The notes below the pieces were generated by a model. The model ran no database searches. It saw nothing but the letters and a program-made list of their open reading frames with translations, and had not been told where the DNA came from. Below, piece by piece: positions 14,501 to 21,754 of a stretch of DNA of 32,000 nt (its first letter is position 1; each line of letters opens with the position of its first letter). Source of the DNA: Candidatus Peribacter riflensis (GTDB taxonomy: Bacteria > Patescibacteriota > Gracilibacteria > Peribacterales > Peribacteraceae); the NCBI GenBank assembly GCA_001430755.1, contig CP013062.1:1200001-1232000 (forward strand), read 5' to 3'. A program made the position numbers and the translations under genes.

Positions 14501-15534
14501 GGCATGTCTTCGCACATTGCCGGTGAATCTTCGCAGCATGCGACTATTCTGCTTGTGACGCAGGGGTTCGGAGTGCACGAGGTTTCGCCGACAAACGCAT
14601 CAGCCACCATCGCTCTGCACTGTCGTTGCAGATCGGACGTGAATAATGTGCACTCATCCCTGGGTTTACCTACTGCACGGCCACCGCAACACACGCCAGA
14701 ATCGGCAGGAGTGCTGTCCGCACTCGAATTTTGTGCCGTACAGCGTGCCTGTGGGCACGTCTGGCCCGCATGGAACACGCCACGCCCGCAGGTGTTCGGC
14801 GTTTCGTTGGCATCACAGTACCCGCTCGGATAGCAGCATGCACCCCGTGCCTCACTGCTCGCGCCGCCGCAGGCGCCGGGACAAAAGCCAGCGACGAACC
14901 GTCCGCCCCACTGACCCTCGCACTGCGTGCGAAGCGACTGTGCGCACGACTGGTTGGTACTGCCCGACTGCGGACAGCAGGCTCCGTACTCCAGATCCAT
15001 GGAGTATGAGGATCCCGCGCTGGAACCGATGGAGGATGATGCGCGGGAGGATGATGCGGGAGAAGAAGCGGCGAGCGAGGATGAGGAGGACGAGGACGAT
15101 GAGGAAGATGATGATGAGGAGGAGGACGGTCTGGACGGGTCGGAACCGTACGCGCAGTAGTAACAGGTGTGACCCTGTCGGAATGTGGCGCCGGGATACG
15201 CTCCGCACTGTGTTCGTGTCATCTGGCCCCAGCAGAATCCTTCCTGACAGCAGGCGCCCTGCGCGCTGGTGTCATTTCTGCAGGCCGTGCATTCCTGCCC
15301 GGGGTAGTAGGCGCCCGAGTAGCTCGTGCAGAGCGCACGTGAGATGAGTCCCCAGCAGAATGTCCCGGTGCAGCAGGCACCCCAGCTCGGGGTCACTTGA
15401 GCCTGTTGCCCAGGGGCATCGAAGCGCGGGAGCAACAGACTCGTCGGTGGGCGCACCTCCTCTATCGCAAGGCTCGTCACGACCAGCGTCAGGAAGGTTG
15501 CCAGTGCGAGCTCGGAGAAGCGAAGGCTGAACAT
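11542..15534 (-). CDS. Large (1330 aa from ATG 15534) cysteine-rich 'GACC-repeat' surface protein, shorter paralog of gene 2
   Basis: Single ORF with TAA stop at 11542-11544. The N-terminus MFSLRFSELALATFLTLVVTSLA is nearly identical to gene 2. It is collinear with gene 2 over the first ~350 aa and over the C-terminal module. About 19 CC-repeats, a 15-Ser run, and the acidic motif DCSDAEDNDLDGYTDCDDDDCVHDPFC are present. The ORF-track start at 15564 extends over the conserved promoter-like box. Confidence 0.9.
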   Translation of the reverse strand: MFSLRFSELALATFLTLVVTSLAIEEVRPPTSLLLPRFDAPGQQAQVTPSWGACCTGTFCWGLISRALCTSYSGAYYPGQECTACRNDTSAQGACCQEGFCWGQMTRTQCGAYPGATFRQGHTCYYCAYGSDPSRPSSSSSSSSSSSSSSSSSLAASSPASSSRASSSIGSSAGSSYSMDLEYGACCPQSGSTNQSCAQSLRTQCEGQWGGRFVAGFCPGACGGASSEARGACCYPSGYCDANETPNTCGRGVFHAGQTCPQARCTAQNSSADSTPADSGVCCGGRAVGKPRDECTLFTSDLQRQCRAMVADAFVGETSCTPNPCVTSRIVACCEDSPAMCEDMPLSACGTPENTMPPGLCSQCEYESSSSSDEPSSSSSEGPIGACCTLSGVCRLDNTTQELCDQTPDGTNFYAGTTCAQQGCTTGGACCRGGDYLCLANNTTQDHCYNVLNGVTYAEGETCASIGCPEGDSSSSAVMGACCRYGSKLCLSNRTSEAWCFYAFPEGAYFYANQTCAQAQCPGGGSSSGSPAPIGACCTLSGVCRLDNTTQELCNLTPDGINFYAGTTCAQQGCTTGGACCRGGDYLCLANNTTQDYCYNVLRGVTYFEGENCAAIGCPDNISSSSTPVMGACCRYGSKLCLANRTTEADCWYDHPEGAYFYANRTCAQAQCPGGQSSSSSLIPSSSSSGPTGACCRNLDRLCLNDSTTEALCNLSPGGAYFYAGQTCADAQCPTTAASSSSLPATGACCSAVDFLCLQNGTTEALCNLSPGGAYFYAGQTCADARCTAVSSSAPTGACCSAVNLQCLSNSTTQALCSVIQLGAFFFAGQTCTEVGCAGGVVTSSSRPSSRSGSQSSSSSLLVSCCFWEDCFDNISLDHCIDWDGSPLPGNNLCHSRACSGRQSSSASLPSSSSSSSSPLVSSSSQSSLEPSGVCCDFIGGTCSTSFGHFWCSVLFGRFVSGGTCADCRISPGSSSSAGPMSSAPSSRSSEPAGSESSMPSSLVSCCFSEDCFDDIAYDDCLEWDGLPLPGNDLCSFMTCRTASSAASSQPGAETDCSDAEDNDLDGYTDCDDDDCVHDPFCAVTSASASSRSRGVNSSDGGPSSESASSSEGGTSSIGIQHQSSSLAGDASSAPMETGNCCIEDEIFGFCFAQIARSVCENTDIGGIYLGQYPCIQAPRSGYNCGSAETVGSSSANHSSSGESSSSNICGDGVLQPALGEECDEGPRNSVAPNAICRPDCKTSRCGDGIVDNEPVIRSRETCDDGALNSEVETALCRTDCKSRNVFYIIGEWVGDLKLYSVNGTPLPNAPKTTIGSSLITIGVLVLFLF
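11545..11907 (-). other. Conserved C-terminal module of gene 3 (paralogous to 5195-5554)
   Basis: See the alignment given for 5195-5554. Confidence 0.85.
13486..14385 (-). repeat. In-frame tandem duplication of a 450-bp (150-aa, three-GACC-repeat) unit
   Basis: 13761-13940 and 14211-14390 are identical over long stretches (tgttcgcgaggcacaggtaatctccccctctgcaacaggctcctccggtggtgcatccctgttgcgcgcaggttgttcctgcatagaaatt...). The offset is exactly 450 nt. In the protein, IGACCTLSGVCRLDNTTQELC...AQAQCPGG occurs twice. Confidence 0.95.
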
Positions 15535-15541
15535 TTGGCTC

Positions 15542-15550
15542 ACTATACCA
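15542..15550 (-). promoter_or_regulatory. Extended -10 promoter element TGGTATAGT, 7 nt upstream of ATG 15534 (predicts a leaderless mRNA for gene 3)
   Basis: The minus strand reads AAATTTGGTATAGTGAGCCAAATGTTCAGC. Box and spacing are the same as for gene 2. Confidence 0.6.
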
Positions 15551-15605
15551 AATTTCATGCACAATCGTTTCCGCCTGGCGTGAAGATCTGCGGTACCATG
15601 TTTCC

Positions 15606-16430
15606 ATGCAAGAGCGTCTGCAGAAAATTCTTTCTGCGAGAGGAATTGCCTCCCGCCGCAAGGCTGAAGAGTACATCACGCAGGGGCTGGTGAAGGTGAA
15701 TGGCACGGTGGCTCTGCTCGGCCAGAAAGCCGACCCGGAAGCAGATACCATCGAGGTGGATGGCACAGTGCTCGAAGCGCGGAAAGAGATGCTCTATTAC
15801 CTCATGAATAAGCCACGGGGAGTGGTGACGACGAATATTGAAACCAATAAAGGATCGGAAGGAAACAAAAAAGATACAGGATATAAAGGAAATACAGGAA
15901 ATAGAGGAGAGCGGTCATCCTTTATTTCTTCTCATTCCTCTATTTCTTTTCCTTCCTCTCTGAACGCTCCTACTATCCGCGATCTGCTTCCGTCGAACCT
16001 TCGAGGGAAGATCTTTCCCATCGGCCGTTTAGACAAAGATAGCGAAGGATTGCTGCTGTTCACCAATGACGGCGTGCTTGCCAACCGTCTCACCCATCCA
16101 AAATTCGATCACGAAAAAGAGTACGAAGTCACCGTGACGTATCCCATCACCGAGGGGGCGCTGGAGAAAATGCGGAAGGGGATGATGATTCTCGGCGAAA
16201 AGACGAAGCCGGCGCTTGTACGCAAGACGGGAACGAAAACATTTTCGATCACGCTCACCGAAGGCAAGAACCGCCAGATCCGGCGCATGTGTCAGAAAGT
16301 GGGCGCGGAGGTGGTGCGTCTGGTGCGCACGCGGATCATGACCATCCGCGATCTCCAGTTGAAACCGGGGCGCATGCGTGCTCTGACGGATGCGGAACGG
16401 GTGGGACTCCTGGCTGCCGTTGGTCTATAA
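15606..16430 (+). CDS. rluB: rRNA pseudouridine synthase, RsuA/RluB/RluF family (RluB-like), with N-terminal S4 domain and an atypical low-complexity insertion
   Basis: The S4-like N-terminus is MQERLQKILSARGIASRRKAEEYITQGLVKVNG. The catalytic-Asp motif is GRLDKDSEGLLLFTNDG (about 16022-16072). The conserved segment EGKNRQIRRM is present. Stop is TAA at 16428-16430. Confidence 0.85.
   Translation: MQERLQKILSARGIASRRKAEEYITQGLVKVNGTVALLGQKADPEADTIEVDGTVLEARKEMLYYLMNKPRGVVTTNIETNKGSEGNKKDTGYKGNTGNRGERSSFISSHSSISFPSSLNAPTIRDLLPSNLRGKIFPIGRLDKDSEGLLLFTNDGVLANRLTHPKFDHEKEYEVTVTYPITEGALEKMRKGMMILGEKTKPALVRKTGTKTFSITLTEGKNRQIRRMCQKVGAEVVRLVRTRIMTIRDLQLKPGRMRALTDAERVGLLAAVGL
15838..15962 (+). other. 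AT-rich (~36% G+C) purine-run then pyrimidine-run segment, in frame inside the rluB-like CDS (possible small palindromic insertion element)
   Basis: The segment encodes ETNKGSEGNKKDTGYKGNTGNRGERSSFISSHSSISFPSSL, between the conserved KPRGVVTT and TIRDLLP blocks. gaaatagagg (15898-15907) is complementary to cctctatttc (15937-15946). ggaaggaaa (15858-15866) is complementary to tttccttcc (15947-15955). Confidence 0.5.
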
Positions 16431-16516
16431 TAAGAAGGAAGAATTATGAACGAAGCATCGGAGAAGACCCTCATTATTCTTCATTCTGTATCCATCATTC
16501 TTTTCTTTCCCAGGAT

Positions 16517-17980
16517 ATGAAATTTATTCCCCACGGCGCAGCGCGCGAAGTGACCGGAACCTGCCACGAAATCCAGGTGCAGACACCGGGAGGGATGCGG
16601 CGCGTGCTGCTCGATTGCGGTCTCTTTCAGGGCAAGCGCGCGGAATCGGCACAGAAGAATGCTGTATTCACGTTCGATCCCGGCAAAGATATCGATGCCG
16701 TTGTCCTCACCCATGCGCACATGGATCACGTGGGGCGCATTCCCGTGCTCTTTAAGCGCGGTTTTGCCGGGCCGGTCTTCTGCACGTACGCCACCAAAGA
16801 TCTGGCCGAGGTGATGCTGCAGGATGGCGGCTACATCCAGGAGAAAGACGAAGAGTACTTCCGCAAGCACATTAGCAAATCCCGTCTGCCCACCGAAGGT
16901 CCGCTCTATACGCAAGCGGATGCCAAATCGTGTCTGGTGCTCTTCCGGGGCGAGAATATGGGCGAGTGGTTTCCTGTCTGCGACGGGGTCAGGGCGCAGT
17001 TCATCGAGGCCGGGCACATCGTGGGGGCAGTGATGGTCGTGCTCGAGGTCACGGAAAGCCCGTCTCCGTCCGGCTCCGTGTCCGCTTCGCCGGGACTGCG
17101 CCGTGGCAATCCGGCTGTTCGCCGGATTGGATTCAGCGGAGATCTGGGTCGCAACTTGCTCCCCATCATCCGCGATCCCGCCCCCATGCCTCCGGTCGAG
17201 ACACTCATCTGCGAGAGTACGTACGGCAACCGTGCGCATGAAGATATCGATACCGCACGCCATCACCTGCGCGACGCAATCGTGCGCACGGCGCAGCGCG
17301 GCGGCAAAGTGCTGATTCCCGCTTTCTCGCTCGAACGCGCGCAAGAAATCCTCTTCGACCTCCATTTACTCTGGGATCAGAAAGAGATTCCCGCACTGCC
17401 CGTGATCGTGGATTCGCCGCTCACCACCAAGGTGACCGAGGTCTTCATGAAACACCCGGAGTGTTACGACAAAGACATGTATGAGAAGTTCCTCGCCAAG
17501 GCGAAGAATCCGTTCCAGTTCTCGCTCGTGCGCTTCACCGAAACGCCAGAAGAGAGCAAGGCGCTCAACACGACTCCGGGTCCGATGGTCATTCTGGCGG
17601 GGTCGGGCATGTGCGAGGCGGGACGCATCCGGCACCATCTGAAGAACGGCATTGAGGATGCGCGAAATACGGTGGTCGCGGTGGGGTACATGGCCGAGAA
17701 CACGCTGGGCCGCCGGCTGATTGACCCGACCGTGACGCAGGTGAAGATCTTCGACGAGCTCCTGACAAAGAAGGCCGAGGTCGTGAGCATCGCCGCGTAC
17801 TCCGGTCATGCCGATATGGCCGACTTGGACCGCTTCATCCTGCAGACGGAGGGCGTGCAGCATCTCATTTTGGTCCACGGGGAGCCGTCGCAAATGGATC
17901 CGCTGGCGGAGCGCATGGCGCACGTGCGGTCGGGCATGACGATCCACAAGCCGGCCCGGGAGGAAGAAGTGGCGCTCTGA
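16517..17980 (+). CDS. Beta-CASP family metallo-beta-lactamase-fold ribonuclease (TTHA0252/CPSF73-like, RNase J-related)
   Basis: The N-terminus MKFIPHGAAREVTGTCHE is typical of this family. LLDCGLFQG is present, as is the HxHxDH motif THAHMDHVGRIP (about 16709-16740). The beta-CASP part reads GKVLIPAFSLERAQEIL, and the C-terminal motifs are GYSGHAD-like (AAYSGHAD) and LVHGE. The ORF-track start at 16289 would overlap rluB by 142 nt and add 76 residues with no family resemblance, so I prefer ATG 16517. Confidence 0.88.
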   Translation: MKFIPHGAAREVTGTCHEIQVQTPGGMRRVLLDCGLFQGKRAESAQKNAVFTFDPGKDIDAVVLTHAHMDHVGRIPVLFKRGFAGPVFCTYATKDLAEVMLQDGGYIQEKDEEYFRKHISKSRLPTEGPLYTQADAKSCLVLFRGENMGEWFPVCDGVRAQFIEAGHIVGAVMVVLEVTESPSPSGSVSASPGLRRGNPAVRRIGFSGDLGRNLLPIIRDPAPMPPVETLICESTYGNRAHEDIDTARHHLRDAIVRTAQRGGKVLIPAFSLERAQEILFDLHLLWDQKEIPALPVIVDSPLTTKVTEVFMKHPECYDKDMYEKFLAKAKNPFQFSLVRFTETPEESKALNTTPGPMVILAGSGMCEAGRIRHHLKNGIEDARNTVVAVGYMAENTLGRRLIDPTVTQVKIFDELLTKKAEVVSIAAYSGHADMADLDRFILQTEGVQHLILVHGEPSQMDPLAERMAHVRSGMTIHKPAREEEVAL

Positions 17981-18080
17981 ACGGAGTGCGGCTCTCTGGA
18001 GGGCGAATGTCTGTGTTCGGTTTCCATTCAACAATTTTGCATTCGCGCAAGAACTCGCGCGGAGCGGGACGGCATAAAAG

Positions 18081-18089
18081 TGATACAGT
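18081..18089 (+). promoter_or_regulatory. Candidate extended -10 element TGATACAGT, 12 nt upstream of ATG 18102 (very short, SD-less leader for gene 6)
   Basis: AAAAGTGATACAGTGGCGCAAAGTCCATGTTC resembles the AAATTTGGTATAGTG box of genes 2 and 3. Confidence 0.35.
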
Positions 18090-18101
18090 GGCGCAAAGTC
18101 C

Positions 18102-21100
18102 ATGTTCCGGGCGTTTCGCACTCTCTTCTCGGCAGCATTTCTCAAGGGCGGGTTCGGCCTTGTGGGCATTGTCGCGCTTGCGTGGGCGCTCAATCAGGAT
18201 GTGCAGAGCCCGGGTTTTCTGCGGGCGCAGACAGCAACATCGGGCGCCTTGGTCTGTTGGGGGAATGACTACGGGTATGCTCCGCCAGCCGGCGATTGGA
18301 CTGATGTGACGGCCGGCTCAGCGTTCGCGTGTGCCATACGCGCCGCCGATGGCACGGTGGCGTGCTGGGGGGATAACCCCTACGGCCAAACGAATGCGCC
18401 TGCCGGACGATTTCAGAAGATCGATGCCGGAACGATGCATATGTGTGGCATCAAAGAAGACGGCTCGGTGGCCTGCTGGGGGACGAACAGCCATGGAGAA
18501 TCGAATCCTCCCACGGGTAGATTCATCGACATTACGGCGTCCCTCTCGTATTCCTGTGGCATCAAAGAAGACGGAACGATCGTCTGCTGGGGAGAGAATG
18601 TGAAAGGACAATTGAATGCGCCAACCGGAACATTCGTGCAGCTGACGGCGGAGGGCAATCATGGGTGCGCCCTGAAAGCGGATGGAACAGTCATGTGTTG
18701 GGGGGAGAATGTCAGCGGGTCCACCACTCCTCCGGCAGGCACGTTCCGTCTCGTCGAAGCGGGATATGCCTATACGTGCGGCATCAAGACGGATGGAACA
18801 CTGCAATGCTGGGGTCATGGCGGCGAAGGGCAAACCACCGCGCCGGCGGGGGCATTTTCTGATGTGGAGCTGGGAGTGAACCATGCGTGCGGTCTCCGGC
18901 AGGACGGGACGATCGTGTGTTGGGGAATGAGCGTCGGCGGTCAAACGAATCCGCCCACGGGAACCTTCACGGATATTGGTGTGGGGCTGTACCATGGTTG
19001 TGCGATTAGAGTCTCTGCGGGGAACAGTTCCTCATCCGTCTCCGTACAGTCCTGCCCATTGGGGTACACCTGCTCGAAGATCACGTCGTTTTCGTGCGGG
19101 TCCTTGCAGCTTCCGCTTTGCACACTCGAATACAGCGGCTCGTGCGGAACACCCTCCTGTCAAGGGGTGTGTTTCCGGTGTCAGTCGAGCTCTTCTTCCA
19201 CTCCCTCTGCGAGTATCACAGGTTCTGTGCAGCTCCCCAGCAGTGTTCCTCGCGGGGGCACCATCGTGTACCGCGTGACTGCTACGAATAACGGCAGTCA
19301 GCCTCTTTCGCAAATCGACGTGTATGTGCAATCAGCCGCGGCCAACACATTTGATGCCTCGCTCTCTGATTCCAGATGTGTCGGAGGCACGAATACGCAG
19401 AGTGTTGCCAACTGCGCCATTCCAACGCTGGCGGCCGGGCAGTCTGTGACTGTGGATGTCGGGTTCAGGCTAGGGGCCGCTTTGTCATGTTCTGCGGTCA
19501 TCAATTCCACTGTCTCGGTCAGAAGCACGACCCCCTCGACCGTCTGGAATAGTGAGCTATTGCTGACGCCGGTGACCTGCGTGTCATCGAGCTCGAGTAG
19601 TAGTGTGCAAGGGAGCAGTTGTGTCGATTCTGACGGCGGTATGAACCTTGATGTCGCCGGCACCGTCACCAGCACGTCCTGCAGCGGTTTTCCGCCGACG
19701 TGCATCACGGAAACGCACGCAGATGAGTGCGATGATCGTCCCGGTTATGAGAATGATATTGTTGAGTATTTCTGTGGCGGAGCGACGACAACGGATTGCG
19801 CAAACGGAAAGATCTGCCGCAACGGCGCCTGTGTTTTGAGTGCTTCCTCCTCTTCCTCCGCTGGGCAATGTATCGAAGGCATGCAGTACTGGGTGCCGGT
19901 GACTCTGACGCCTGCCAAAGACCTCAGGGCCTCGTGGCCCGGCACCGGCGACGCGTCGTACGTCGCCTATCTGAAGAGCACCAACGAAGTTTATCTCTCG
20001 CGCCTGTCGCTCTCTGGTCTTTCGATCACCAAGGCAACGGATGCGCGGATTTCGGGTGGCAGTTCGCTTGTAGATGTGGTGGCCCTCACGCCTTCCGATA
20101 TCTTCGTGGTCTACGACGACTCTGCCAGCCAGCGCTGCAAAGCCGTTCTGGTGCGCTGGTCAGGCGGCAATGCTGTCATCGGAACGCCGGTGGATGTGCC
20201 GGCATCGCAGTACAACCCCCGCTGTGACACCGTGCTCATCGCCCGCAAGCTCTCGGAGGGCAGGATTGCGCTGCTCTGGGGCCTTGACCAGAACTATCCC
20301 ACGCGCCTCGGCGCGACTACGGCGACGGTGGATGTCGCTGCCGGCACGATCGCATTTGGCCCCATTCCCCAGGAGCTCTCTTATTTCGTTGGGACCTATC
20401 AGGGCTCCCCCTTCGGGGACAGGGGCAAGCAGGTGGAGGTGGTGGTGCGCGATGCGAATACCATCGCGATCATCGGCAGGGCCGGCGGCGCCATAGTTTC
20501 TCAGCCCCGGTGGTTCGCCAATCTGTTCGCGTGGACCACATCCAGAAGCGGGGGAGTCGGTGCGGCGGGCATGTGGGTGCGCGATTGCGCGATCAACGGT
20601 TCCACGTTCACCTGCGATGATCAGTCGGGAGGCAGCGTTGGCGCAACCGGCTATGAAGTGAGCGGGGCAAAGGTCGGATCGAATTTCGTCGTTGCGCCGA
20701 CGTTGATCGGCAGCGGGCCCGGCGTCTCGGTTGAGGGCAAGACCGTCTCGGGATGGGGAGGTGCTCAGATTCCGGAATGGGAGAATAGCTGGACCAGCTT
20801 TTATACCTTTGTGCCGCTCTCGAACGGGCAGTTTATGATCACGGCGAAGACGCAGAATTCCACGATGGCTGCGCTGGGGCGCATCACCACCAGCGATATC
20901 GTCTGGTCGGCAATTACATCTCCTCCCGGCAGTAAGGTAGTCATTCCGGCAGGCGCCCAGGACAAATTTCTCTTCTTCTACTATCCGGATTCCGGTCAGT
21001 CGAATGGCCAGACCGCTGTGACGGCCGGCCAGTACACGGCGGATTGTCCGGGTTGCGGCAACGGGCAGTTGGATCCGGGCGAACAGTGCGGCGAACCGGG

Positions 21101-21749
21101 CTTGTCGTGTTCCGCGGGCCGGACATGCCAGAGCTGCCAGTGCACTCTCATTCCTGCATCATCCTCTTCATCGCGTCCCGCGGTCTGCGGCAATGGCCAA
21201 CTCGAGGGAGTGGAACAGTGTGAACAGGGAGTCCCCTGCGCACTTTCGGGAAGGCAGTGCAATTTCGGCACCTGCCAGTGTGTGCTTATCGTGCCATCCT
21301 CTTCCAGCTCCAGCGCGTCATCCGTTCCGGTTACGCCGGCGTCTTCCTCGCTGTCCGCTGCCTGCGGCAACGGTGTCCTGAATACGGGGGAACGGTGCGA
21401 TACGACGGGCAATCTCGGCTGCGCCGCAAGCGAGACGTGCCAGAGCTGCACGGCGTGCACCCGCTGCGGCAACTTCGTCCTCGAGGAGGGCGAAGGGTGC
21501 GAAGTCGGCATTGCGTGTTCCTCGAGTCTGGCCTGCAACATCGGCACCTGCCGGTGCGAGACGGTCTTTAGCGGGATACAGACGCAGGCGCCTACCTGCG
21601 GTGACTTCCGCATCCAGCCGGGGGAGGACTGCGAATACGGCATCACGACGCCACAGCCGCCCTGTACCGGCAACGCTGTCTGCAACGTGCAGACCTGTCG
21701 GTGCCCCGCCGGCACGGCGCGCCACCCCCGTAACGCCCGTCTTCAGTGA
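18102..21749 (+). CDS. Large (1215 aa) secreted protein: signal peptide/anchor, 7-blade RCC1-like propeller, DUF11/CARDB-like Ig segment, CxDSDGG module, Cys-poor unknown domain, C-terminal Cys-rich repeats; no C-terminal anchor
   Basis: The N-terminus MFRAFRTLFSAAFLKGGFGLVGIVALAWAL is hydrophobic. The Ig-like segment reads GGTIVYRVTATNNGSQPLSQIDVYV...LAAGQSVTVDVGF. The C-terminal repeats include CGNGQLDPGEQCGEPGLSCSAGRTCQSCQC and CGNGQLEGVEQCEQGVPC. Stop is TGA at 21747-21749. Confidence 0.88.
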   Translation: MFRAFRTLFSAAFLKGGFGLVGIVALAWALNQDVQSPGFLRAQTATSGALVCWGNDYGYAPPAGDWTDVTAGSAFACAIRAADGTVACWGDNPYGQTNAPAGRFQKIDAGTMHMCGIKEDGSVACWGTNSHGESNPPTGRFIDITASLSYSCGIKEDGTIVCWGENVKGQLNAPTGTFVQLTAEGNHGCALKADGTVMCWGENVSGSTTPPAGTFRLVEAGYAYTCGIKTDGTLQCWGHGGEGQTTAPAGAFSDVELGVNHACGLRQDGTIVCWGMSVGGQTNPPTGTFTDIGVGLYHGCAIRVSAGNSSSSVSVQSCPLGYTCSKITSFSCGSLQLPLCTLEYSGSCGTPSCQGVCFRCQSSSSSTPSASITGSVQLPSSVPRGGTIVYRVTATNNGSQPLSQIDVYVQSAAANTFDASLSDSRCVGGTNTQSVANCAIPTLAAGQSVTVDVGFRLGAALSCSAVINSTVSVRSTTPSTVWNSELLLTPVTCVSSSSSSSVQGSSCVDSDGGMNLDVAGTVTSTSCSGFPPTCITETHADECDDRPGYENDIVEYFCGGATTTDCANGKICRNGACVLSASSSSSAGQCIEGMQYWVPVTLTPAKDLRASWPGTGDASYVAYLKSTNEVYLSRLSLSGLSITKATDARISGGSSLVDVVALTPSDIFVVYDDSASQRCKAVLVRWSGGNAVIGTPVDVPASQYNPRCDTVLIARKLSEGRIALLWGLDQNYPTRLGATTATVDVAAGTIAFGPIPQELSYFVGTYQGSPFGDRGKQVEVVVRDANTIAIIGRAGGAIVSQPRWFANLFAWTTSRSGGVGAAGMWVRDCAINGSTFTCDDQSGGSVGATGYEVSGAKVGSNFVVAPTLIGSGPGVSVEGKTVSGWGGAQIPEWENSWTSFYTFVPLSNGQFMITAKTQNSTMAALGRITTSDIVWSAITSPPGSKVVIPAGAQDKFLFFYYPDSGQSNGQTAVTAGQYTADCPGCGNGQLDPGEQCGEPGLSCSAGRTCQSCQCTLIPASSSSSRPAVCGNGQLEGVEQCEQGVPCALSGRQCNFGTCQCVLIVPSSSSSSASSVPVTPASSSLSAACGNGVLNTGERCDTTGNLGCAASETCQSCTACTRCGNFVLEEGEGCEVGIACSSSLACNIGTCRCETVFSGIQTQAPTCGDFRIQPGEDCEYGITTPQPPCTGNAVCNVQTCRCPAGTARHPRNARLQ
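18243..19010 (+). repeat. Seven RCC1-like repeats (~38 aa; G.V.CWG.N..GQ...P.G.F..[IV].[AL]G..H.C[GA][IL]K.DG)
   Basis: There are seven CWG motifs: VCWGNDYG, ACWGDNPYGQ, ACWGTNSHGE, VCWGENVKGQ, MCWGENVSGS, QCWGHGGEGQ and VCWGMSVGGQ. Each is followed by P[AP][TA]G.F and a ...C[GA][IL]... strand. Confidence 0.8.
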
Positions 21750-21754
21750 TCCGC

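Noticed and set aside
15055-15135. 15-residue poly-Ser run in gene 3, considered as a slippage-prone phase-variation tract.
   Set aside because: It is encoded by a mixture of TCC, TCA, TCT and TCG codons rather than a homogeneous simple-sequence repeat. Slipped-strand mispairing is therefore unlikely.
15535-15605. Divergent promoter for the rluB-like gene in the 71-nt spacer shared with gene 3.
   Set aside because: I could not find a convincing -10/-35 pair on the plus strand (only weak candidates such as gaagat), so no feature is called.
16289-16516. ORF-track N-terminal extension of the beta-CASP RNase gene (start at 16289).
   Set aside because: It would overlap the rluB-like gene by 142 nt and read through the AT-rich spacer. 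It would add 76 residues with no resemblance to the family. The canonical family N-terminus MKFIPHGAAREVTG begins at ATG 16517.
18044-18061. GC stem (cgcgc / gcgcg with an 8-nt loop) downstream of the RNase gene, considered as a terminator.
   Set aside because: The stem is only 5 bp and is followed by gagcggg rather than a T-run.
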